Positions 26,578-33,797 of a stretch of 33,797 bases of DNA are shown one piece after another. The first letter of the stretch is position 1; the number at the start of each line of letters is the position of its first letter. Made by a program: the position numbers and the translations under genes. The notes beneath the pieces were generated by a model that was not told where the DNA came from, searched no databases, and saw only the letters and a program-made list of their open reading frames with translations. The stretch is from Armatimonadia bacterium (lineage in GTDB: Bacteria > Armatimonadota > Zipacnadia > Zipacnadales > UBA11051), in NCBI GenBank assembly GCA_039683575.1, contig JBDKRC010000239.1, positions 1-33,797 on the forward strand, given 5' to 3'.

Positions 26578-26898
26578 ATGGGCGAAACCCCTGCACCCAA
26601 CCAGGAAGTGCCAGCACTTGCCGCCGGACGCCCGGACCTGGCTAATCTCGCGGCGATGCTCGATGTGCCGCTGCGCATCACGGTCGAACTTGGCCGGGCC
26701 GAGTTGCCTCTGGCGGAGGTTCTGGCCCTCAAGCCCGGCTCGGTGGTCGAACTGGACCGCTTCCCGGGCGAGCCGCTGGACCTTTACGCTAATGGCCGCC
26801 TCGTCGCGCGCGGCGAGATCATCGTCCTCAACGACATCTTCGGCTTCCGCATCACCGATATTCTGATGACCCCAACCGAGGCGGTGAATGCCCGATGA
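26578..26898 (+). CDS. fliN: Flagellar motor switch protein FliN
   Basis: LDVPLRITVELGR, GSVVELD, NGRLVARGE, FGFRIT (SpoA domain only). Confidence 0.93.
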   Translation: MGETPAPNQEVPALAAGRPDLANLAAMLDVPLRITVELGRAELPLAEVLALKPGSVVELDRFPGEPLDLYANGRLVARGEIIVLNDIFGFRITDILMTPTEAVNAR

Positions 26899-27548
26899 CA
26901 AGTGAAGCCAAACGCCGCCGCACCACCAACCCGTCCACCTTCAACTGGCGCCTGCTCATCGCCGCCGGCTCGGTCACGCTCCTGCTCGCCCTCTGGATGC
27001 AGCCCGGGAACGCACGACCGGTGCAATGGGATGAGGAGAAGTCCGCCGCCGCAACCGTCGAGAAGCCTGCCACGGCCGGACCCGCGCGGGTCTCCGTACT
27101 CGACCTGATCGGCAAGGTCAGCCTCGCGGTCCTGCTTGTCTACGGCCTCAGCTTCGGCCTCGCTCACGCCCGCAAGCTTGGCTTCGGTAAGAGCTTGATG
27201 CCCGTGGTGACGCCCGATGACAACCGCCGCCTGCAGCTTTGCGAGAGTCTTGCGCTCGGCAAACTTGGCACAGTCGTGCATCTCATCGAGGTGGACGGCA
27301 AGCCCCTGGTCATCGGCGCCTGCGCTGAACAGCTTTTCCCGCTCTGGCAGGCACCCTTGGCCGCCGAGGACACCAGCAGCTTCCGGCCGGTCAAAGCGCT
27401 GTCGGAGGCGGCCAAGCCCACAGCCAAACCCAGCGTTTCATCTGAACAGCCGCTCTTCCAGCACGGTTTCGGGCAGCCCGCGCGCGCTGAGTCCGATTGG
27501 GCCCAGCAGCGCACCCAACTCATAAGCTCCCTGCTACAAAGCCAATGA
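26895..27548 (+). CDS. fliO: Flagellar biosynthesis protein FliO/FliZ
   Basis: TM segments, ESLALG..VVHLIEVDGK.LVIG; located between fliN and fliP. Confidence 0.75.
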   Translation: MTSEAKRRRTTNPSTFNWRLLIAAGSVTLLLALWMQPGNARPVQWDEEKSAAATVEKPATAGPARVSVLDLIGKVSLAVLLVYGLSFGLAHARKLGFGKSLMPVVTPDDNRRLQLCESLALGKLGTVVHLIEVDGKPLVIGACAEQLFPLWQAPLAAEDTSSFRPVKALSEAAKPTAKPSVSSEQPLFQHGFGQPARAESDWAQQRTQLISSLLQSQ

Positions 27549-28282
27549 GACGCCTCCTGCCGCTGATTGTCCTTGCCCTTGTCCTGGGCACGGCTGCCTA
27601 TGCCGCGCCACCTGCCACGCTGCAGTCGCTGATCCCATCCCCGGACCATCCCCAGGAACTCGCCTCGGCCCTGAAGCTCCTGATCGGCCTTTCTGTTCTT
27701 TCCCTCGCCCCGGCGCTGCTGATCATGCTCACGTCGTTCACCCGCATCATCATCATCCTCAGCTTCCTTCGCAGCGCCCTGGGAACGCAGCAGACGCCGC
27801 CTAACGCCATCCTCATCGGCCTTGCACTGTTCCTGACCTTCTTCGTCATGTCACCGGTGTACGAGCAGGTGAACGAGCGGGCGCTGAAGCCCTACCTCGC
27901 TGGTGACATGAAGTATGCGCAAGCGCTCGACCGGGCGGCAGTGCCTGTCCGTGACTTTCTCTTCCGCCAGACCCGCGAGAAGGACCTGGGTCTCTTCATC
28001 ACCCTCTCCAAGTCCGCGCGGCCTGCTACTCGCGACGATATCCCAATGCGTGCTCTGGTCCCGGCCTTCATCATCAGCGAACTGCGCACGGCCTTTCAGA
28101 TTGGCTTCGTGCTCTTCATCCCGTTCGTGGTGCTGGACCTGATCGTCTCGAGCGTGCTCATGTCCATGGGCATGATGATGCTTCCGCCAGTGATGATCTC
28201 ACTGCCGATAAAGATCCTGCTATTCGTGATGGTGGACGGTTGGCACCTGATCACGCGCTCGGTAGTACTTAGTTTCGGGTAG
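27545..28282 (+). CDS. fliP: Flagellar export pore FliP
   Basis: TSFTRI, LGTQQTPPN, PAFIISELRTAFQIG, MGMMMLPP..ISLP.K. Confidence 0.96.
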   Translation: MRRLLPLIVLALVLGTAAYAAPPATLQSLIPSPDHPQELASALKLLIGLSVLSLAPALLIMLTSFTRIIIILSFLRSALGTQQTPPNAILIGLALFLTFFVMSPVYEQVNERALKPYLAGDMKYAQALDRAAVPVRDFLFRQTREKDLGLFITLSKSARPATRDDIPMRALVPAFIISELRTAFQIGFVLFIPFVVLDLIVSSVLMSMGMMMLPPVMISLPIKILLFVMVDGWHLITRSVVLSFG

Positions 28283-28296
28283 TCTGGAGCCAAACT

Positions 28297-28566
28297 TTGA
28301 CCGACGCCACAGTTCTTGAGCTCTGCCGACAAGCCTTTTGGACCGCCCTTCTTTGTAGCGGGCCGATCTTGGCTGTCGTGCTCGTTATCGGCGTCGCCGT
28401 CAGCATCCTGCAGGCGGTCACTCAGGTGCAGGAGGCGACGCTGACCTTTCTGCCCAAGCTCCTCGGCGCCGGGCTCGTGATGCTCGTCGGCGGCTATTGG
28501 ATGCTCGAGCAGATGGTGCGCTTTACCGAACAGCTCTTCGGCAACCTCGGCCAGTACGTGCGTTAG
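28297..28566 (+). CDS. fliQ: Flagellar export protein FliQ
   Basis: QAVTQVQEATLTFLPK. Confidence 0.95.
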   Translation: MTDATVLELCRQAFWTALLCSGPILAVVLVIGVAVSILQAVTQVQEATLTFLPKLLGAGLVMLVGGYWMLEQMVRFTEQLFGNLGQYVR

Positions 28567-28575
28567 GCCCTGCCC

Positions 28576-29352
28576 ATGACTCTCTCTCTCCCCCACCTCC
28601 TGATCTTCCTCGCCGGCTGCCCCCGGGTGATGGGCCTTGTGGCTTTTGCCCCCGGCTTCAGCGCTGGTTTCGTCCCGCCCACGGTCCGCGTCACCCTCAG
28701 CCTCGCTCTCGCCTTCGCCCTGGCGCCGCTCATCGTGCCACCAGGCCAGGACGTGCTTGCCCTCACCCCAGAGGCCTATGGCGGCCTGCTCCTGAGCGAG
28801 CTCGCCCTGGGCGCCGTCATCGGCTTCCTGCTGTCGACTCTCCTGGAGGCCGCGCGCCTTGCCGGCGAAATCGTGGACCTCCAGATCGGCTTTCGGGCCG
28901 GTTCGATGTACGACCCAGCCACGGGCGGCCACTCCGCGCTCCTGGGCCAGTTCTGGTATCTCGCCGCCTTGCTCTTCTTCTTCGTCATCAATGGACACCA
29001 CTGGCTCATGACCGGCCTCATGCGCAGCTTCGAACTCTGCCCCGTCGGTGGCCTCACCTTCGCCCCCGGTCTCGCCGACGTCGCCGTCCGTGTCCTAAGC
29101 GCTTCGTTCCTGCTGGCGCTGCAGGTCGCCGCGCCAGTCGTCGGAGCGCTCATCCTGGCCGATCTGACCCTGGGTCTCGTGGGCCGCGGTATGCCCCAGA
29201 TGAACCTGATGCTCGTGGGCATGCCCGCCAAAATCACCATCGGCGTGGCCGCTCTCGCGCTCTCCAGCCCGATGATGGCCACCGCCTTCACGCGTCTCTT
29301 CGAGAGCTTCCAGCACTACCTGACCGTTACTCTCCGGATGGTCGCCGGATGA
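28576..29352 (+). CDS. fliR: Flagellar export protein FliR
   Basis: AGEIVDLQIGF, YDP, INGHH, MPQMN..VGMPAK. Confidence 0.93.
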   Translation: MTLSLPHLLIFLAGCPRVMGLVAFAPGFSAGFVPPTVRVTLSLALAFALAPLIVPPGQDVLALTPEAYGGLLLSELALGAVIGFLLSTLLEAARLAGEIVDLQIGFRAGSMYDPATGGHSALLGQFWYLAALLFFFVINGHHWLMTGLMRSFELCPVGGLTFAPGLADVAVRVLSASFLLALQVAAPVVGALILADLTLGLVGRGMPQMNLMLVGMPAKITIGVAALALSSPMMATAFTRLFESFQHYLTVTLRMVAG

Positions 29353-29368
29353 CGCGGGATCTCTAACC

Positions 29369-30442
29369 ATGGCCCAGGACAAACAGTTTGAGCCAACCGC
29401 ACGCCGGCGCAGCCAGGCGCGCCAGAAGGGCCAAGTGCCGCGCAGCCGCGATCTCACTGCCGCCGGCGTGCTGCTTTTGGTCGCGTTATTTGCGCCTGCC
29501 CTCTTCGGAGGTCTCAGCCACAGCCTTGTCACGTCCTGGACCGCCTCTTTGGGCCAGCTTCACGAGGCCGACCTCACTGCGGCGACCCTTCGCGCTCTGC
29601 TGCTGACCTGGGGTGGCATCTGCCTGCGGGCGCTGGCGCCGATCCTGCTCATCGTCATCGCCGGCAGTGTCGCGCTGACCTTCGCCCAGAGCGGCCTCAC
29701 ACTTAGCACCTACCCGCTTCAGCCACGCCTGGATAAGCTCAATCCCGCCACGGCCCTGAAGCGCATTCTCTCCGTCTCCGGTCTGGTCGAGACCGCAAAG
29801 TCGCTCCTCAAGATAGTCCTCGTCGCGCTGGTTGCCTGGATTGTCCTGCGAGACAAGTGGAGTGGGATGCTGCTGCTGGGCCAGATGGAGCCCGCCCAGG
29901 CCCTGGGCGCAATCGGCCGCCTGGCGTGGGAGCTGACTCTCAAAACGGCCCTCGTCATGGCGATCCTCGGTGCTGCTGATTACTTCTACCAGCGCTTCGA
30001 GCACAACAAGTCCCTGCGCATGAGCCGCGAGGACATGCGCCAGGAGACCCGCGAGACCGAGGGCGACCCGCATGTACGCGCCCAGCAGCGCCAGCGTCGC
30101 CAGCAACTCCTCCGCGACGGCGTTAGCGCCCAACTCCCACAGGCCACCGTCGTCCTCACCAACCCCACCCATGTCTCCGTAGCGCTCCACTACAAGCCCG
30201 GCGAGGCCGCGCCGGTGGTTGTAGCCCGTGGCCGCGGCCGTCTCGCCGCTCGGATCAGGACACTCGCCCGCCGCTACGCCATTCCGATCAAAGAAGACCC
30301 GCCCCTCGCCCGTGCCCTCTATCAAGCCTGCCCGATGGGTGTGCAAGTCCCGCCGGCCCTCTACCGCGCGGTCGCCGTGATTATCGCCCAGGTCTACAAA
30401 GAGGCTGCCGACAGGAAAAAGAAAAGAGCGCCGTCATGGTGA
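29369..30442 (+). CDS. flhB: Flagellar export switch FlhB
   Basis: EPTARR..ARQKGQVPRS, ETEGDP, autocleavage motif NPTH, PPLARALY. Confidence 0.95.
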   Translation: MAQDKQFEPTARRRSQARQKGQVPRSRDLTAAGVLLLVALFAPALFGGLSHSLVTSWTASLGQLHEADLTAATLRALLLTWGGICLRALAPILLIVIAGSVALTFAQSGLTLSTYPLQPRLDKLNPATALKRILSVSGLVETAKSLLKIVLVALVAWIVLRDKWSGMLLLGQMEPAQALGAIGRLAWELTLKTALVMAILGAADYFYQRFEHNKSLRMSREDMRQETRETEGDPHVRAQQRQRRQQLLRDGVSAQLPQATVVLTNPTHVSVALHYKPGEAAPVVVARGRGRLAARIRTLARRYAIPIKEDPPLARALYQACPMGVQVPPALYRAVAVIIAQVYKEAADRKKKRAPSW

Positions 30443-30481
30443 CGGCGCCCTTCGATACGTCCTTGTGTTGGCGACTGGTAC

Positions 30482-31285
30482 TCAGTAGAGCAATCTCGGC
30501 TCAATCAATGCCGGGCCACCACTGTCGCTGCGCGGACCGCGAACGCGCTTCGCCGTGAACTCCACTCGCCCCACGCCGCTCACGTTCAGCGTCATCCGCC
30601 TGGAAAGCCCCAGCCTGACCAGTTGGTAGATCGGGGGCTGATCATCCAGGATTATGTTGAAAATCCATCTCCCTTGCGGGGTGGTCTCATCCCGAACCCC
30701 CACCGTTACTTCCAGCAGCTTCGGCTTGCCCGGATGCCGCAGATTAGCCAATGAGAAGGCGCCGCCCGGCAGTTGCGTGGTCTTGCTGCAATACGAGTAA
30801 GCATAGGCCTGCCCCTCGAAGTTCACTTTTGGCCCGAACCACGTTCCAGAAGTCTCGAAGTTGGGGTACAGCTCCTTCAGGTACACCCACTCACCCTCAG
30901 CCGCGACCTTGCCCGCGAGGTCATAGCAGAGCTTGGCCGCTGCCTCATTGCCCTTCTGGTCGCGCACTACATAGCTGAAAGCTCCCCACTCACACTGCCC
31001 ATAGCTCGCCGCCATCTTGCCCTCTCCGTCCGTCCGGGCCCCTTGCAGCACTACCTCTTGTGAAAACGGCCGCGTCGCCTGCCCCTCCGCCGCTCGCTCG
31101 CCTGAACAACGCACGACTAGCGCGCTGTTCGGAGCGAAGCCCTCACCGTTGAGACGGATCACATACTTGTCCGTGCCGCTGCCCGGCAGAAGCGACACGC
31201 CCACCGTCGCCGCCGATGCGTGGGTCAGAACCGACAGCAACACCAACGCCAAACCAACCCTTACGAAACCCTTGGCCTCATGCAT
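30482..31285 (-). CDS. Secreted protein with a possible C-terminal NPCBM/NEW2 carbohydrate-binding-like domain
   Basis: Signal peptide (LALVLLSVLTHASA); C-terminal VYL..L.P...EVTVGVRD...F.I..D...LNVSGV..VEF pattern; ATG 31285 with GAGGGA RBS. Confidence 0.55.
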   Translation of the reverse strand: MHEAKGFVRVGLALVLLSVLTHASAATVGVSLLPGSGTDKYVIRLNGEGFAPNSALVVRCSGERAAEGQATRPFSQEVVLQGARTDGEGKMAASYGQCEWGAFSYVVRDQKGNEAAAKLCYDLAGKVAAEGEWVYLKELYPNFETSGTWFGPKVNFEGQAYAYSYCSKTTQLPGGAFSLANLRHPGKPKLLEVTVGVRDETTPQGRWIFNIILDDQPPIYQLVRLGLSRRMTLNVSGVGRVEFTAKRVRGPRSDSGGPALIEPRLLY

Positions 31286-31329
31286 GGCATCCCTCACATA
31301 CGGCGTGTTGATGAAAGGCCTCCAACTGC

Positions 31330-32418
31330 CTACCCGCGCACGGCCGCGATGACCGCGTCAGTCTCTTCATCCCGCATCCCCGGGAACATGGGCAGCGACA
31401 GAACCTCCCGGCAAGCCCGCTCTGTCTCGGGGAAGTCCCCCGCCTTGAGCCCGAGGTACCGGTAAGCTTTCTGCAGATGGATCGGCACCGGGTAATGCAG
31501 GCCCGTAGCGATGCCGCGGTCCTTCAGGCGCCCCGCCAGGTCATCTCGAGCCTCCGACCGCACCACATATATATGATATACATGCTCGACGCCATTCGCC
31601 ACTGCCGGCGCTATGCCGGTGCCCTTTAGCCCCTCAGCATACCGCGCCGCAGTCGCCCGCCGCGATTCGTTCCAAGCGTCCAAATGGGGCAGCTTCGCCT
31701 TCAGCACCGCCGCCTGCACGGTATCGAGACGCCGGTTGTATGCCAGATACAGGTGCTCATATTTCACGCGCTGCCCGTAATTCCGCAGCATCCGCACCCG
31801 CTCCGCCGTCTCGGGGTCGTTGGTGCACAGCGCCCCGCCGTCTCCGAAGCAACCCAGGTTCTTTGCCGGGTAGAAGCTGAATGCCGCCGCATCGCCAAGC
31901 GAGCCGCACCGCTTCCCCTTGTAGCGCGCGCCATGCGCCTGGCACGAATCTTCAAGCACTTTCAGCCCCCGCCGCCGCGCGATCTCCATGACCGGGTCCA
32001 TATCGGCTGGTTGCCCATATAGATGCACCGGCACAATGGCCTTAGTGCGCGGAGTGATTGCCGCCTCAAGCCGCTGCGGGTCGAGGGTATAAGTCGCCGG
32101 GTCAATGTCCGCGAACACCGGCCGCGCCCCGGTAAAGGCAATCCCGGAGGCGCTCGCTATGAACGAATTCGGCGCCGTTATGACTTCGTCTCCGTCCCCT
32201 ATCCCCCACGCTCGCAGGCAAAGCTCCAGTGCCGAACTACCATTATCAAGCCCCACGCAGTGCGCCGCCGCGCAATATTGCGCAAAGGCTGCCTCAAACT
32301 CCCCCACCTCGCGGCCAAGGATGAAGTCATTGCGCCCGATGACGTCATCCATTCCCTGCCGTATCTCCTCCAGTAAGGGCGCATGCATTCTACTCAGATC
32401 CATGAAAGGAACGTTCAT
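31330..32418 (-). CDS. DegT/DnrJ/EryC1/StrS PLP-dependent sugar aminotransferase
   Basis: VPVHLYGQ, EDSCQAHGA, SFYPAKNLG..GDGG, LSLPMFP. Confidence 0.95.
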   Translation of the reverse strand: MNVPFMDLSRMHAPLLEEIRQGMDDVIGRNDFILGREVGEFEAAFAQYCAAAHCVGLDNGSSALELCLRAWGIGDGDEVITAPNSFIASASGIAFTGARPVFADIDPATYTLDPQRLEAAITPRTKAIVPVHLYGQPADMDPVMEIARRRGLKVLEDSCQAHGARYKGKRCGSLGDAAAFSFYPAKNLGCFGDGGALCTNDPETAERVRMLRNYGQRVKYEHLYLAYNRRLDTVQAAVLKAKLPHLDAWNESRRATAARYAEGLKGTGIAPAVANGVEHVYHIYVVRSEARDDLAGRLKDRGIATGLHYPVPIHLQKAYRYLGLKAGDFPETERACREVLSLPMFPGMRDEETDAVIAAVRG

Positions 32419-32465
32419 GATCACCTCAAAATCAGTCTCATCCGTCTGCCTGTGAAGACCCTGTC

Positions 32466-33485
32466 CTATGCCTCAGCCTCTACCTTCACAGGGGCCCCAC
32501 CCGCCGCGGCTGACTGCTCCGCCGCCTCGAGGATTACGCAGATCCTGTACCCATCCCGGACGTCGCTGAGTGGCTGGTGCCCTGTCTTGATCGACCGCAC
32601 GAATTCCAGGCACTGCTCCTTCAGCGGCTCTTTGGGCTCGATATACGGGATGATGCCCCCGCTGGCGTGGGTCACAAGCTGGAACTCACCAAAAGTGGTA
32701 TACGACGGCACCTCGCGCAGCGATCGCTGGATGATCCGGACGGGCTCGCCGAGGTTCATGTCATCAAACCGCACCAGAGCATTCGTCCCGATTACTTCCA
32801 CCTCGCGCCGCTTCTGGGGGTCAACCCAGCTTACCAGTATGTTGAACAGTTCGCCCTGCGGAAACAGCAGGTTGATGAACGCCACGTCACCCTTGGAGCC
32901 CTGAAGATAATGCCCCATCGTCGCGGAAACCTGCAGCGGCATCCCGTTGAACAAATGCAGGGCTATGGACACGTCATGCGGAGCCAGGTCCCAAATCACC
33001 GAGACATCCTTGCGCACCGGCCCCAGGTTTGTCCGCACACAGTTGACGTACCGCACGGGGCCGAGGGTCCCGTCGTACATGACCTCGCGCATCTTGTTGA
33101 TGCCCGGGTGAAAGCGGAAAATGTGCCCCACCATAAAGATCTGTCCCGGCGCAAGCGGGTATTGCGCCAGTTCCAGCGCCTGCCGGCTGCTGTCGGCCAG
33201 CGGCTTCTCAATCAGTACATGCTTGCCTGCTTGCAGGCAAGCCAGCCCGATCTCGTGATGTGTGGAAGCTGGCGTCGCCACCACGATGGCGTTGATCTCG
33301 GGGTCTGCGATCAGTTCGCGATAGTCGTTGACCAGCGCCAAGTCAGGGAAACGCCGCCCAACCTCCTGCAGTGCCTGATCCCTTGGGTCAGCCACCGCTA
33401 CCATCTGCACACCCTCAAGGTCAGTGAAGTTGCGCACATAGTTGGGCCCCCAACGCCCGGCACCGATCACACCGATCCGTATCAT
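32466..33485 (-). CDS. Gfo/Idh/MocA oxidoreductase (nucleotide-sugar dehydrogenase-like)
   Basis: GVIGAGRWG, VATP, HVLIEKP, WDLAPHD; adjacent to the aminotransferase. Confidence 0.92.
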   Translation of the reverse strand: MIRIGVIGAGRWGPNYVRNFTDLEGVQMVAVADPRDQALQEVGRRFPDLALVNDYRELIADPEINAIVVATPASTHHEIGLACLQAGKHVLIEKPLADSSRQALELAQYPLAPGQIFMVGHIFRFHPGINKMREVMYDGTLGPVRYVNCVRTNLGPVRKDVSVIWDLAPHDVSIALHLFNGMPLQVSATMGHYLQGSKGDVAFINLLFPQGELFNILVSWVDPQKRREVEVIGTNALVRFDDMNLGEPVRIIQRSLREVPSYTTFGEFQLVTHASGGIIPYIEPKEPLKEQCLEFVRSIKTGHQPLSDVRDGYRICVILEAAEQSAAAGGAPVKVEAEA

Positions 33486-33609
33486 AGGAACTTCCTCATA
33501 TTAATGGTAGGGGCGCCAATCCACCTTCTCATCGCCGCCTCTAGCCTTTTTGGGCCGTCCTTGGCACGCCACTACTGCCTTCGCCGTCCCCCCGGCTGTT
33601 CCCTCCCCG

Positions 33610-33797
33610 CTACTGCCCGCCCATCTCGTGCCAGACCACCCGCACCGCCTGCCCCCAAACCTCGCTCAGGGCCGTCTGCACCGCCTGCTGGTATGGCTCC
33701 ACTCGCCGCCGTACATTCACCGGTACCAACACGATCGCCAGCCCGTCCTCCACCCGCTTCAGATAGCACATGGCCAGTGCCAGTGACCACTCCCCAC
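33610..33797 (-). CDS. 3' end of an ORF truncated by the window edge; C-terminus resembles a DnaA N-terminal-like domain
   Basis: Open frame to TAG at 33610 reads ...GEWSLALAMCYLKRVEDGLAIVLVPVNVRRRVEPYQQAVQTALSEVWGQAVRVVWHEMGGQ*; not in the supplied ORF track. Confidence 0.45.
   Translation of the reverse strand, partial: GEWSLALAMCYLKRVEDGLAIVLVPVNVRRRVEPYQQAVQTALSEVWGQAVRVVWHEMGGQ

Overview
GC-rich bacterial chromosomal segment. The DUF1559/H-X9-DG prepilin-like gene, the paralogous aldo/keto reductases and amidohydrolases, and the dense REP-like palindromes suggest Armatimonadota or a similar lineage (inference). Left half (1-12.4 kb): a prepilin-like gene flanked by a ~207-bp direct repeat, glnA, a beta-hydroxyacid dehydrogenase, a wHTH-nucleotidyltransferase (MNT) next to a TIGR02391/Ymh-like HEPN protein, a two-domain amidohydrolase with a REP and a 7-mer repeat inside its linker, an orphan YgiT zinc finger, an MDR dehydrogenase, and two AKRs flanking a possible ADP-ribosyltransferase-fold protein. 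Middle (12.5-19.3 kb): a large secreted protein with a papain-like Cys/His/Asp motif set, then an ECF sigma factor followed by a gene fusing a zf-HC2 anti-sigma zinc finger to an intact GspE/PilB-type ATPase (the best candidate for an undescribed system), a dipeptidase and YihY. Right (19.4-33.8 kb): a flagellar sub-cluster (fliJ-slt-fliK-flgD-flgE-flbD-motAB-fliL-fliN-fliOPQR-flhB, with no fliM, fliI or flhA in the window), an NPCBM-like secreted protein, two nucleotide-sugar enzymes and a truncated ORF. No rRNA, tRNA, CRISPR array or transposase was recognised. All family calls come from reading motifs by eye; no database search was run.
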